Below are positions 1 to 9,890 of a DNA stretch of 64,000 nt, piece by piece. The DNA is from Escherichia phage EcWhh-1, in sequence record MH791409.1. One strand, given 5' to 3'. Under the pieces are notes generated by a model. It was not told the origin of the DNA and did no database searches. It was given only the letters and a program-made list of their open reading frames with translations. The translations under genes were made by a program, and so were the position numbers. The first letter of the stretch is position 1. Each line of letters begins with the position of its first letter.

Positions 1-195
1 AAGCTTATTAAACTGGGCTGCATCCATCATCAAGTTAACTTCCTCTGGACGCCAGAAGAAACTCAACTGCTTTTCACAAAGCTCTTCGAATACTTTATGG
101 CGTTGGATATCGTAACGAGCAATACCCAAACCTGAACCAAAGAACATCGGTTCGGCTAAAACATCAACTGGGGTAGTATTAAAAACTGTAGACAT
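1..195 (-). CDS. nrdB: ribonucleotide reductase small subunit NrdB, N-terminal part only (gene continues beyond window start)
   Basis: Minus-strand translation from ATG at 195-193 reads MSTVFNTTPVDVLAEPMFFGSGLGIARYDIQRHKVFEELCEKQLSFFWRPEEVNLMMDAAQFNKL, matching the recalled T4 NrdB N-terminus; lies downstream of nrdA as in T4. Confidence 0.85.
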   Translation of the reverse strand, partial: MSTVFNTTPVDVLAEPMFFGSGLGIARYDIQRHKVFEELCEKQLSFFWRPEEVNLMMDAAQFNKL

Positions 196-248
196 ATTAT
201 TCTCATTTGTTAGTGACTCATCCATGAGTCAATTATAATCAGATTTTA

Positions 249-2504
249 TTAAAGCTTACAAGCTGCACAATCATCGGCTTTAGGAGTTTCGATTTCGTAA
301 TCGTCGGTACCAGAGCCGTCACGGGTGTTATGGTAGTAAAGGTTCTTACCACCAAAGTACCAGAAATATAACAGGTCATCAAGCATTACTGACATAGGAA
401 CTTTTCCTTTCTCATAGTTCTGAGGGTCGTAATACGTATTCGCTGATGCTGATTGGCAAACCCATTTCAACATAATTGCTACTTGGGTAAGATAAGGTTT
501 ATTACCTTTCTTAGCGAGGCTCCAAGCGTAATCATAAAGGCCTTGGTTATGTTCTACATTAGGAACTACCTGTCGGAAGTTACCTTCTTTAGATTCTTTA
601 ATACTTACCGGGCCGCGCGGAGGTTCGATACCGTTTGTAGAGTTGGAAACCTGGCTGCTTGATTCACACGGCATAAGTGCTGATAATGTGCTATTACGGA
701 TGCCATGTTTAGCCAAGTCTTCCCGCAACGACGCCCAGTCACAAACATAGTTAGGGGCTGCGATTTGGTCAATCTTTTTATTGTACCAGTCGATAGGAAG
801 CTCGCCTCGAGACCATTTAGTGTCTGAATAATACTCGCAAGGTCCTTTTTCTTCGGCCAACTTGATTGATGCTCTGATAAGTCCATACTGTAATCTCTCA
901 AACAGTTCATGAGTTAAATCGTTTGCGTCTTCATAAGAAGCAAAGTTGCTTGCCAGCCATGCTGCGTAGTTAGTAACACCGACACCCAAGTTACGACGTT
1001 TCTTAGCCTTCAGAGCTTCAGGAACAGGATAATCTTGGTAGTCTAACAAGTTATCAAGTGCACGTACCTGTACTTCAGCAAGTTCGTTGATTTTGTCTTG
1101 GTCTTGCCAATCAAAGTTATCTAATACGAATGCAGACAGAGTACACAACCCGATTTCGGCGTCAGGACTATTCACATCGGTAGTCGGGATAGCAATTTCA
1201 CAACACAGGTTACTCTGGCGAATAGGAGCCTTTTCACGAATAAATGGTGTGAAGTTGTTAGTGTTATCAACGAACTGAGGATAAATTCGTGCAGTGCCTG
1301 AACGTTCGGTCATAAACAATTCGAAGAGGTCGCGTGCTTTAATACGTTTCTTACGAATACTAGGGTCTTTTTCAGCAGCTTCATACAATTCACGGAAACG
1401 TTCTTGGTCTTCGAAATAAGAATAATAAAGCTCGCCACCCATTTCATGAGGACTAAACAGGGTAATGTAATCATTTTTACCGAAACGTTCCATCATCAGG
1501 TCGTTTAACTGGATTCCGTAGTCCATATGACGAATACGGTTCTCATCGACACCTTTGTTGTTTTTCAGAACGAGCAGATTTTCAACTTCCAAATGCCAAA
1601 TAGGATAATAAGCAGTAGCAGCGCCGCCACGGATTCCACCTTGTGAACATGATTTAACAGCAGTCTGGAAATGTTTCCAGAATGGAATAACACCGGTATG
1701 TTTGACTTCACCCATGCCAATACGAGAACCTTCAGCACGAATCATACCAACGTTAATACCAATACCTGCACGTTTAGAAATGTATTCAATTATTGAGTTT
1801 GCAGTTTTGTTAATAGATTTCAGTGAGTCACCTGCTTCAATAACAACACAAGAACTAAATTGACGGGTTGGAGTACGTGCACCAGCCATAATAGGAGTAG
1901 GCAACGAAACCTGACGAGTACTTACAGCGTCATAAAAACGAATAATATGTGCTAAACGGTTACCCGGCTCATCTTGGTGTAAGGCCATACCAATACACAT
2001 GATAGCGAACTGAGGAGTTTCATAGATTTTACCGGTTGTTTTATCTTTAACCAGATATTTCTCTTTCAGCTGCATTGCGCCAGCATAAGTCAATTCGAAA
2101 TCGCGTTCATGCTTGATATGAGATTCTAAGAAAGTAATTTCTTCTGCAGAATATCGAGATAGCAATTCTGGGTCATATTTACCTTCGTTAACACAATAGG
2201 AAATATGGTCGATAAAACTACGTGGTTCAAACTGACCGTAAACTTCTTTACGCAGCGCAAACATCAATTCTTTTGCTGCTACATATTGGTAATCAGGTTC
2301 TTCAACTGAAATAAGGTTAGCCGCAACTTTAACAGTCAGATTCTGGATATCTTTGGTAGTCATACCATCACGAAGGTGGGGTTTAATTTCTTCGTATAAT
2401 TCATAAGGGTCGATTTGGGTTCCTTCACAGCCCCAAGTCAGAACTTTAATAATTTTTTGTGCGTCAAAATCTTGGGATACACCACTACTCTTTTGTACTT
2501 GCAT
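249..2504 (-). CDS. nrdA: ribonucleotide reductase large subunit NrdA (class Ia)
   Basis: 751-aa ORF with ATP-cone N-terminus and C-terminal redox cysteine tail (CAACKL); T4 gene order nrdA-nrdB. Confidence 0.96.
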   Translation of the reverse strand: MQVQKSSGVSQDFDAQKIIKVLTWGCEGTQIDPYELYEEIKPHLRDGMTTKDIQNLTVKVAANLISVEEPDYQYVAAKELMFALRKEVYGQFEPRSFIDHISYCVNEGKYDPELLSRYSAEEITFLESHIKHERDFELTYAGAMQLKEKYLVKDKTTGKIYETPQFAIMCIGMALHQDEPGNRLAHIIRFYDAVSTRQVSLPTPIMAGARTPTRQFSSCVVIEAGDSLKSINKTANSIIEYISKRAGIGINVGMIRAEGSRIGMGEVKHTGVIPFWKHFQTAVKSCSQGGIRGGAATAYYPIWHLEVENLLVLKNNKGVDENRIRHMDYGIQLNDLMMERFGKNDYITLFSPHEMGGELYYSYFEDQERFRELYEAAEKDPSIRKKRIKARDLFELFMTERSGTARIYPQFVDNTNNFTPFIREKAPIRQSNLCCEIAIPTTDVNSPDAEIGLCTLSAFVLDNFDWQDQDKINELAEVQVRALDNLLDYQDYPVPEALKAKKRRNLGVGVTNYAAWLASNFASYEDANDLTHELFERLQYGLIRASIKLAEEKGPCEYYSDTKWSRGELPIDWYNKKIDQIAAPNYVCDWASLREDLAKHGIRNSTLSALMPCESSSQVSNSTNGIEPPRGPVSIKESKEGNFRQVVPNVEHNQGLYDYAWSLAKKGNKPYLTQVAIMLKWVCQSASANTYYDPQNYEKGKVPMSVMLDDLLYFWYFGGKNLYYHNTRDGSGTDDYEIETPKADDCAACKL

Positions 2505-2570
2505 AATTTCCTCAATATGTTAGGTTCTACATCTATAATAACATAGAACCTGTTAAGCATGGACTGATAT

Positions 2571-2990
2571 TTATAGGTCTTCTAATGAGAACGTATCTTT
2601 GAAAAGTTTGTTAACAACCAGGGCTATCACATCCCCATGACAGTCCTTAGGTTTACAGGTGCACGCTATTCGCATACCTCTAAGGGTTTCAAGGTGTTCT
2701 CTTTTAATTTCACCCGATTTTATTTTAGCAATAAAGTATTCTTTAAAGTTCTTGATGTTTTCCTCACGGGTCCCATCTTTAAATGGATTACCCCACATGG
2801 TCCCGCGTTGGATATTGACATCAAAATCTTCTTTATACTTGTTAACAACTCTGCAGACTCTCATTATAACACCAAATTCAGTCCGACCATAATAACCAAA
2901 AACAGAGTACAGATTATTTGAATTTTCATACAGCCATTTTAGCCTTAATGGTAGGGTGTGATTCGTAACCAATGAGTTTAAAATCTTCAT
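2571..2990 (-). CDS. hypothetical Cys/His-containing protein; start uncertain (an internal Met at 2864 would avoid overlap with td)
   Basis: 139-aa ORF between nrdA and td; contains GNPF and CTCKPKDCHGDV motifs suggesting a small metal-binding fold; its 5' end overlaps the 3' end of td by about 65 nt if the first ATG is used. Confidence 0.45.
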   Translation of the reverse strand: MKILNSLVTNHTLPLRLKWLYENSNNLYSVFGYYGRTEFGVIMRVCRVVNKYKEDFDVNIQRGTMWGNPFKDGTREENIKNFKEYFIAKIKSGEIKREHLETLRGMRIACTCKPKDCHGDVIALVVNKLFKDTFSLEDL

Positions 2991-3785
2991 GGACCATATG
3001 CTCTGTTACCCAATGAAGCTGTAATGTCGTGCTCCAATCAGAGAATCCTTCAGGCCAATTAATTTCCAGTTCACAAAGCTCTTTAGGCTCACGACGAAGA
3101 ACTTCTTGACATTGTTCAACGTGGTTAGAATAGATGTGCGTATTGCCGCCTGAGAACACTAAATCGCCAGGAATAAGATTACACATCTTAGCTACAATAT
3201 GCACAAGAGCGGCGTAAGAGGCGATATTAAATGGCAATCCTAAGAACACGTCAACAGAACGCTGATACCACTGGAGGTCAAGATGGCCGTTACGAACGTT
3301 GAACTGGTAAAAGCAATGGCAAGGCGGAAGAGCCATCCGGTTGATTTCAGCCGGGTTCCATGCAGATACGATTTGACGACGGTCGTTAGGCATCTTTTTA
3401 ATGCGGTCGATAATTTCTACAACCTGGTCGACACCACCAAAATCTCGCCATTGTTTACCGTATACAGGACCCAGTTCGCCGCTATGATAGCCAAGGTCTT
3501 TAGCTTGGTTTTCATAGTTTTCGTCCCAAATAGTTTTACCACCAATTAATGAACCGTGAGTACGTAAACGAAGGTCGTTAACGTTTGTTGAACCCGAAAG
3601 GAACCAAAGGAGCTCAGCAATGCAGGCTTTCCATGCTAATTTTTTAGTTGTTACTGCAGGAAAGCCTTTAGTTAAATCAAAACGTAATTTAGTACCGAAC
3701 AGTGCAATTGTACCGGTGCCGGTACGGTCGTCGGTTTCGTAGCCATTTTCCAGGATATCTTTAATTAAAAATTGGTATTGTTTCA

Positions 3786-3798
<13 letters not shown>
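2926..3798 (-). CDS. td: thymidylate synthase
   Basis: 290-aa ORF with the ThyA fold signature (catalytic Cys in PCH context, FNIASY); single uninterrupted reading frame. Confidence 0.95.
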
Positions 3799-4908
<1,110 letters not shown>

Positions 4909-4918
4909 TATATTTTCC

Positions 4919-5158
4919 TCACGCTTTCTTAGCAACTTTCCAGTCGGCTTTAAATTGGTCAATATCAGAATGGTGAATCCAGAAACCAGATGAGCTACCA
5001 TCTTCATAAAGAGGACAACCATCACACTCATCTTTCCAACCCATTTCACACAAAGCTTGTTCGGCTTTTTCCAGAGCTTCCGGATTGCTACCTTGGATTG
5101 TGAAGTACCATTTGCCTTTAACTTCAGAATCTTTAATTGATTCGCGTTGTAATTTCAT
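4919..5158 (-). CDS. hypothetical Cys-containing small protein
   Basis: 79-aa ORF preceded by a conserved early-promoter element at 5185-5214. Confidence 0.5.
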   Translation of the reverse strand: MKLQRESIKDSEVKGKWYFTIQGSNPEALEKAEQALCEMGWKDECDGCPLYEDGSSSGFWIHHSDIDQFKADWKVAKKA

Positions 5159-5184
5159 TTTATTCTCCTCAAGTTGATAAGGCT

Positions 5185-5214
5185 ATAGTATCACTACCAT
5201 AGCCTTAGGTAAAC
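5185..5214 (-). promoter_or_regulatory. early promoter, conserved family (-35 GTTTAC, -10 TACTAT)
   Basis: Minus-strand GTTTAC-N18-TACTAT followed by the conserved AGCCTTATCAACT leader and RBS. Confidence 0.6.
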
Positions 5215-5216
5215 AC

Positions 5217-5444
5217 TTATTTTTGAATTAAGCCCATATAAAATTTATTGTCTTCTGGGTGCATACCATCGCAATATTCATCAGCCATAAAGCGGGTAAG
5301 GTCTTCAAGAGGACCTTGGACTTCAATTTGCATACTACAGAATTGTGTGTCTTTGATATAAGTCATAGTCAAAGAAGGATAACGATTACGGATAACTTCG
5401 TAAGTGTATTCAAAATCAACGATATCAATATTAACCTTAGCCAT
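5217..5444 (-). CDS. hypothetical protein
   Basis: 75-aa ORF preceded by a conserved early-promoter element at 5473-5501. Confidence 0.5.
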   Translation of the reverse strand: MAKVNIDIVDFEYTYEVIRNRYPSLTMTYIKDTQFCSMQIEVQGPLEDLTRFMADEYCDGMHPEDNKFYMGLIQK

Positions 5445-5472
5445 TTTATTTTCCTCATTAGTTGATAGGTCT

Positions 5473-5501
5473 ATAGTATCATGCCTATAGACCTTGTAAA
5501 C
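5473..5501 (-). promoter_or_regulatory. early promoter, conserved family
   Basis: GTTTAC-N17-TACTAT; the -10 lies inside the perfect inverted repeat GGTCTATAG-N8-CTATAGACC. Confidence 0.6.
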
Positions 5502-5503
5502 AC

Positions 5504-5764
5504 TTATTTTTGAATTTTATCTAGCCATTTACCAAGTTTAATCATTTCCTTGGTGGCTTTTTCCATACTTCTGAATTTAACCAGTAAAGGTTGGGCATCA
5601 ACACCCATAACTAAGCTGGTTACAAGACTATGTTCACCTACAAGCCATAATGAATACGTTTGGATATCAAGACCGTAATTTCGGTCTTTATGAACTCGTA
5701 CACCCATCACTTCAAATTTCTCACTGGCTTTTTCTACTGCATCCAGGAAATCATCTTTAGTCAT
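5504..5764 (-). CDS. hypothetical protein; start taken at internal Met MTKDDF
   Basis: ORF-track frame 5504..5827; ATG at 5764 abuts the stop of the upstream ORF. Confidence 0.45.
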   Translation of the reverse strand: MTKDDFLDAVEKASEKFEVMGVRVHKDRNYGLDIQTYSLWLVGEHSLVTSLVMGVDAQPLLVKFRSMEKATKEMIKLGKWLDKIQK

Positions 5765-5765
5765 G

Positions 5766-6161
5766 TTAGGCCTTAAAAGTTTTTTGCAAAAGTTCAATAA
5801 TTTGGTCGACGTTCTGTTCAGTGACAATGCAATGGATTTGGGTCACACCGGTCTTAGTAACAGGTTTGTCAACTTCATCTTCGTCATATTCACGGAAGCA
5901 ATAGAACTCATCTTCATGCAATTCAAAATATTCCTCTAGTGTTCCGTCCGAACTAAAAATCTTGCCATTAGCACATTTGATTTTAGTTACAAATTTATCC
6001 CCATCTGTGGTCATTGTATCCTTTACTTCAAACCACCCACCGTTTTCTTGGATAATATCGACCATATCATTATTATTGATAGGGGTGATATTAATAAAAG
6101 CTTTGATACACTCAGGGCGAAGTTCGTATTTTTTACCAATTTTCATTTTTTTAAATTCCAA
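5766..6161 (-). CDS. hypothetical protein, paralogue of 6151..6516
   Basis: 131-aa ORF; shares motifs with the neighbour (EEYFELHEDEFYCF vs DEYFELGEWEFCHF; TQIHCIVTEQN vs TQTIHVQVNHKN). Confidence 0.55.
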   Translation of the reverse strand: MEFKKMKIGKKYELRPECIKAFINITPINNNDMVDIIQENGGWFEVKDTMTTDGDKFVTKIKCANGKIFSSDGTLEEYFELHEDEFYCFREYDEDEVDKPVTKTGVTQIHCIVTEQNVDQIIELLQKTFKA

Positions 6162-6516
6162 AGGTAGCTTTAATCAAGGCAACAACTTCTGCCGCATTTT
6201 TGTGGTTTACCTGTACATGGATAGTTTGGGTATCAACGGCAGGAGCATCGCCATCAACTTCCAGGAAGTGACAGAATTCCCATTCACCGAGTTCAAAGTA
6301 CTCATCAGAATCACCCATACTATTCAGGATGGTGCCATCTTTCATTTCAACTTTTTCAACAAAATAATCACCTTCAATATAACGCATATCCAAGACTTTG
6401 AAGGAATTGCCATGTTGTTCCATCAACCTGACCATGCACGAATTATCATCAGGACTAAAAGCGATGAATTGTTTTTTAGCAGCAGGGTCTAATACGTAAA
6501 ATTTACCAATTTCCAT
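6151..6516 (-). CDS. hypothetical protein, paralogue of 5766..6161
   Basis: 121-aa ORF; tandem duplicate of the downstream gene; RBS GAGGAAA before the ATG. Confidence 0.55.
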   Translation of the reverse strand: MEIGKFYVLDPAAKKQFIAFSPDDNSCMVRLMEQHGNSFKVLDMRYIEGDYFVEKVEMKDGTILNSMGDSDEYFELGEWEFCHFLEVDGDAPAVDTQTIHVQVNHKNAAEVVALIKATFGI

Positions 6517-6545
6517 TTTTATTTCCTCATGTAGTTGATAGGTCT

Positions 6546-6574
6546 ATAGTATCATGTTTAAAGGCATTGTAAAC
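6546..6574 (-). promoter_or_regulatory. early promoter, conserved family
   Basis: GTTTAC-N17-TACTAT-AGACCTATCAACTA upstream of ORF 6151..6516. Confidence 0.6.
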
Positions 6575-6583
6575 CATTAAATG

Positions 6584-6610
6584 CCAAAAAGGGAAGACCG
6601 AAGTCTTCCC
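6584..6610 (-). terminator. rho-independent terminator downstream of gene 32
   Basis: Minus-strand hairpin GGGAAGAC-UUCG-GUCUUCCC followed by a U-run (plus strand 6591-6610 with aaaaa at 6586-6590). Confidence 0.7.
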
Positions 6611-6626
6611 ATTATAAATCAATAAC

Positions 6627-7532
6627 TTATAGACCAGCTAACAGGTCGTCCAGACCATCGTCATCAGAAGGACTTACTGATGGTTCAGGAGTAGTGGAAC
6701 GGGCCGGTGTAGACGGTTTGGAATCATATGCATCAAGGTCTGCACTGAATGCGTCCAGGTCATCACCAATCTTATCAGCAGCTGCAGAAGCTTTAGCGGC
6801 AGCACCACCAAGAGCAGCAGTACCAACAACTTTCTTAAACTTGGCTTCGTTAGTTTCAAAGGATTTGAACTCGAGCAGTTTAGAAAGGTCGTGCATTTCT
6901 TCCATCAATTTAGCTTGGTAAGCTTCATCATTGATGTTAGGAATTTCAGACTGACCCATGAATTTGGAATCGTCGTAGTTTTTGAAGTCGCCAACTTTCT
7001 TAGATTTCAGTACGAAGTTAGCACCATCAAACGGACATGTTACGTCAACCGGCACTTCACCGATATCAGTATCAACTTCAACCATCTGGTTGATTTTATC
7101 CATAATTTTCTGACCGAAACGGAATTTAAACACTTTACCTTCGTTAGCAGGCACTGCACTATCCTTAATAACAAGGATGTTAGCCCAGAAGGAAGTTTTA
7201 CGTTTCATCAGTTTGTATTCGGCGTTATTAGTATTATACGTATCGTTCTGGTTCATGTATTTACATACAGGACAAGAATCGAAATCGCCGTGAGTAGACG
7301 TACAGTTTTCAATGTACCATTGACCATTTTTCTTAAAGCCGTGGTTAACGAGCTTAACGAATGGAGATGGATTTTCTTCGTTTTTCGAAGGTAGGAAACG
7401 AATTACCGCAGTACCAACACCATTGTCATCTTTCAATTTCCATTCAGCTTTATCATCGGAAGAGAAAGAAGAACCACCTTTCATTGCAGACAGTTGAGCA
7501 GCCAGTTGGGAAGGGTCTTTACGTTTGAACAT
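6627..7532 (-). CDS. 32: single-stranded DNA-binding protein gp32
   Basis: 301-aa [17 protein letters not shown]...[11 protein letters not shown]...CPVC zinc site, acidic C-terminus; closely matches recalled T4 gp32. Confidence 0.96.
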   Translation of the reverse strand: MFKRKDPSQLAAQLSAMKGGSSFSSDDKAEWKLKDDNGVGTAVIRFLPSKNEENPSPFVKLVNHGFKKNGQWYIENCTSTHGDFDSCPVCKYMNQNDTYNTNNAEYKLMKRKTSFWANILVIKDSAVPANEGKVFKFRFGQKIMDKINQMVEVDTDIGEVPVDVTCPFDGANFVLKSKKVGDFKNYDDSKFMGQSEIPNINDEAYQAKLMEEMHDLSKLLEFKSFETNEAKFKKVVGTAALGGAAAKASAAADKIGDDLDAFSADLDAYDSKPSTPARSTTPEPSVSPSDDDGLDDLLAGL

Positions 7533-7600
7533 ATTATTTACCTTAGCAGATTTTAGCAGTTGTATTTTATTAACAGTTTTTAACAGATTGAGTTAGTATA
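7533..7600 (-). promoter_or_regulatory. gene 32 5' leader; candidate autoregulatory translational operator
   Basis: A/U-rich leader carrying four direct heptamers CTG(T/C)TAA on the minus strand immediately upstream of the gene 32 start. Confidence 0.5.
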
Positions 7601-7622
7601 TTAACACATTTGATATGAAGCA

Positions 7623-8276
7623 TTAAAACTTACAAGATTTGATAGTTTCAATGAACAATTTACGAGCTTCTAAATTATCGATTATAAGAATTTTCTTATA
7701 AGCATTTAATTTAGTCGAATACTTAGACCACACTAAATCGTTGGTCTGTTCATCATGTTTATTTATTATGTCCATAAATGAATCAAGCAAAATAAACGTT
7801 TCGAACGAAATAACATTCGATTGAAGGAGCTTAAAAATATAGCTCGAGTTAACTTTTTTATTATAATCAAAAATTTCAGAAAGCGCTTTAACTTCCACTT
7901 TCTTACTGAAATAATAGATGTTTTTGATATCGTCCTCAAAAACTTGTTTTATTCTTTTAAGTCTACCAATATATTCTCGGTAAAAGACTAAGGCGTCAGC
8001 ATCACTGATGTCGCCAATCCATGCGTCTTGGTTAGCCACCAAGTTACTCATGAAGATAAGAGCAAGCTCTTTCAAAGTGTATTTATCACTCAATTTCTCG
8101 AAGAAATATTTGTCACGACGTTTTTGGTAAGCCGTATCAGAGATTCGCATGACCCAGTTATATTTTATAACGTCGTATTTGGCGTTGAAGTGATGTTTGA
8201 GCATTAAGTATAGTGAATATACGCTCTTACCATTCACCATACGATTATTGTTTGGTGGCATGCGAATCTTAATCAT
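7623..8276 (-). CDS. 59: helicase loader gp59
   Basis: 217-aa ORF starting MIKIRMP...GKSVYSLYLMLKHHFNAKYDVIKYNW, matching recalled T4 gp59. Confidence 0.93.
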   Translation of the reverse strand: MIKIRMPPNNNRMVNGKSVYSLYLMLKHHFNAKYDVIKYNWVMRISDTAYQKRRDKYFFEKLSDKYTLKELALIFMSNLVANQDAWIGDISDADALVFYREYIGRLKRIKQVFEDDIKNIYYFSKKVEVKALSEIFDYNKKVNSSYIFKLLQSNVISFETFILLDSFMDIINKHDEQTNDLVWSKYSTKLNAYKKILIIDNLEARKLFIETIKSCKF

Positions 8277-8575
8277 AACAAGAAATCCAGGGTATTAGTT
8301 TTTTGCGTTCGTGCCATTGAAGGACGAAGCAAGTTATCATCAATGGCCTCGTTCATAATTTTATCAATAATTCCTGCAGGCAAATAACGAGCAAAGTTAC
8401 CTTCAGGGATGCTGTTCTCTTCCAACCATGTGGTGGCCGCTTCGAGATAGCTACATCCTTCAGCCTCAACAAAGGCCTCAATATCAAGGCCATTCTGTTG
8501 TTTATTTACCAATACATGGACAGGTTCAGAAGCGGTATTAACCGCTCCATCAAAATCATTCAAAGATTGTGTCAT
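8273..8575 (-). CDS. 33: late transcription co-activator gp33
   Basis: 100-aa acidic ORF in the T4 gene 33 position between 59 and dsbA. Confidence 0.85.
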   Translation of the reverse strand: MTQSLNDFDGAVNTASEPVHVLVNKQQNGLDIEAFVEAEGCSYLEAATTWLEENSIPEGNFARYLPAGIIDKIMNEAIDDNLLRPSMARTQKTNTLDFLL

Positions 8576-8834
8576 ACAGTTCTACCACTTCAGTTTTTTC
8601 GTCTTCGAAACGTTCACGAGTGCCTTTATGATACAAGGAGAACAGCTGGTTAAACATTTTACCGTCTACACCAAGTTCAGTCTTAGCACGGTCTTTGATA
8701 TCTTTAATTTCGTCACCATATGCTTCCATTTTTAATTTGGTATCGGAAGCAGTTTTAATCAACTGGGCTAGGGTATTACCATGTTCTTCTTGGTTGAATT
8801 CAACTTTCACTTTTTCTTTAGCCATTATATTCAC
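8556..8834 (-). CDS. dsbA: dsDNA-binding protein DsbA
   Basis: 92-aa ORF in the T4 dsbA position; overlaps the gp33 start. Confidence 0.8.
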   Translation of the reverse strand: MNIMAKEKVKVEFNQEEHGNTLAQLIKTASDTKLKMEAYGDEIKDIKDRAKTELGVDGKMFNQLFSLYHKGTRERFEDEKTEVVELYDTIFE

Positions 8835-8835
8835 C

Positions 8836-9783
8836 TTAATAAAAATCAGCTACTGTAGCAGTTAGTTTAGACAAACCCGATTTAACGAAATAAGGATAAA
8901 CTTTAGATTTCGAAGGTTTGTTATACGTATTATATCTTTCAGTAATTAAAGCAACAATATCATCTGGAATAAAGTCCATATCAATTAAGATTTGGTTTTC
9001 ACAGAAACGTTCATATTGTTCCTCAGTAAGAAGTGTTTTAATTATATCATGGTCATAATAATTCAGAGCAATTGCTTCAAGTTCCTTAGCACGAGTGCTA
9101 GGAGTACGTTCACCTTCAACCATTGTCAACCAATAATCACCACGAACTTTAATACTTGCAACGTTATCCTTGCGGTCACCTTTAATAACCTTAGTCACAC
9201 AATCAAGCAGAGCATCACCAGATTTTGTTTTGACGAATTTTTTCTGCATTGGAGACCATTGTTTTACACCAGGGAATTTATGAAGTTGGGTAAAGTCACC
9301 ATCAGAAGAACCAATCATAACCGGATGGCCTTTAGCCGTAAGGATACGAGTCAACACAGCAATATGGTCATCGGCCTCGATTGTATCGATATTCATAACA
9401 ATATAAGGCATATTTTGTTCCAGTTCATCCACAATAATATGCATTGCAGTGAATAAGCCTTCCCAATCAAATGGTGATTCGTCACGTGCCTTAGCACGGT
9501 TTTTCTTATAATAAGAAGAATAACGACGACGCCAATAACCTGATTTAGAGTTATCAACACAAATGATTAGTTGGTTGTAACCTTGTTTTTTAAAGTCTTT
9601 AATGTTTTTCTTGATTGAATTCAAGACGAGATGTCGAAGCATTGCTGTTGTTACTTTAGGAAATCCAGCGTTTTCACCAAATTCTTGGAAGGCTGCCGCC
9701 ATAATGATTTGGCTGAAATCCAGGAGTAAAAATCCATCTTTTTGTTGGTCTTCTTCAGGAAGTAAAAAATCTAAATCGTTCAT
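8836..9783 (-). CDS. rnh: RNase H / 5'-3' flap exonuclease
   Basis: 315-aa ORF with FEN-family motifs (ICVDNSKSGYWRR, EADDHIAV, SSDGDFTQL); matches recalled T4 Rnh. Confidence 0.94.
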   Translation of the reverse strand: MNDLDFLLPEEDQQKDGFLLLDFSQIIMAAAFQEFGENAGFPKVTTAMLRHLVLNSIKKNIKDFKKQGYNQLIICVDNSKSGYWRRRYSSYYKKNRAKARDESPFDWEGLFTAMHIIVDELEQNMPYIVMNIDTIEADDHIAVLTRILTAKGHPVMIGSSDGDFTQLHKFPGVKQWSPMQKKFVKTKSGDALLDCVTKVIKGDRKDNVASIKVRGDYWLTMVEGERTPSTRAKELEAIALNYYDHDIIKTLLTEEQYERFCENQILIDMDFIPDDIVALITERYNTYNKPSKSKVYPYFVKSGLSKLTATVADFY

Positions 9784-9850
9784 ATGAACCTCTGTCCAAT
9801 TAGTGTAGAAGGTTATTATATCATGGCCCTGGAAGAAGTAAACACTTTGC

Positions 9851-9858
9851 TATAAATA
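9851..9858 (+). promoter_or_regulatory. T4-type late promoter (TATAAATA) for gene 34
   Basis: Exact TATAAATA octamer 33 nt upstream of the gene 34 ATG. Confidence 0.8.
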
Positions 9859-9890
9859 GTTCTATACCCTGAAAACGAAAAGGAAATAAA

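Noticed and set aside
5473-5480. ACTATAG within the conserved promoters, resembling the core of a T7-type promoter.
   Set aside because: Only 7 nt match and the surrounding T7 consensus is absent; the GTTTAC-N17-TAnnnT geometry explains the conservation.
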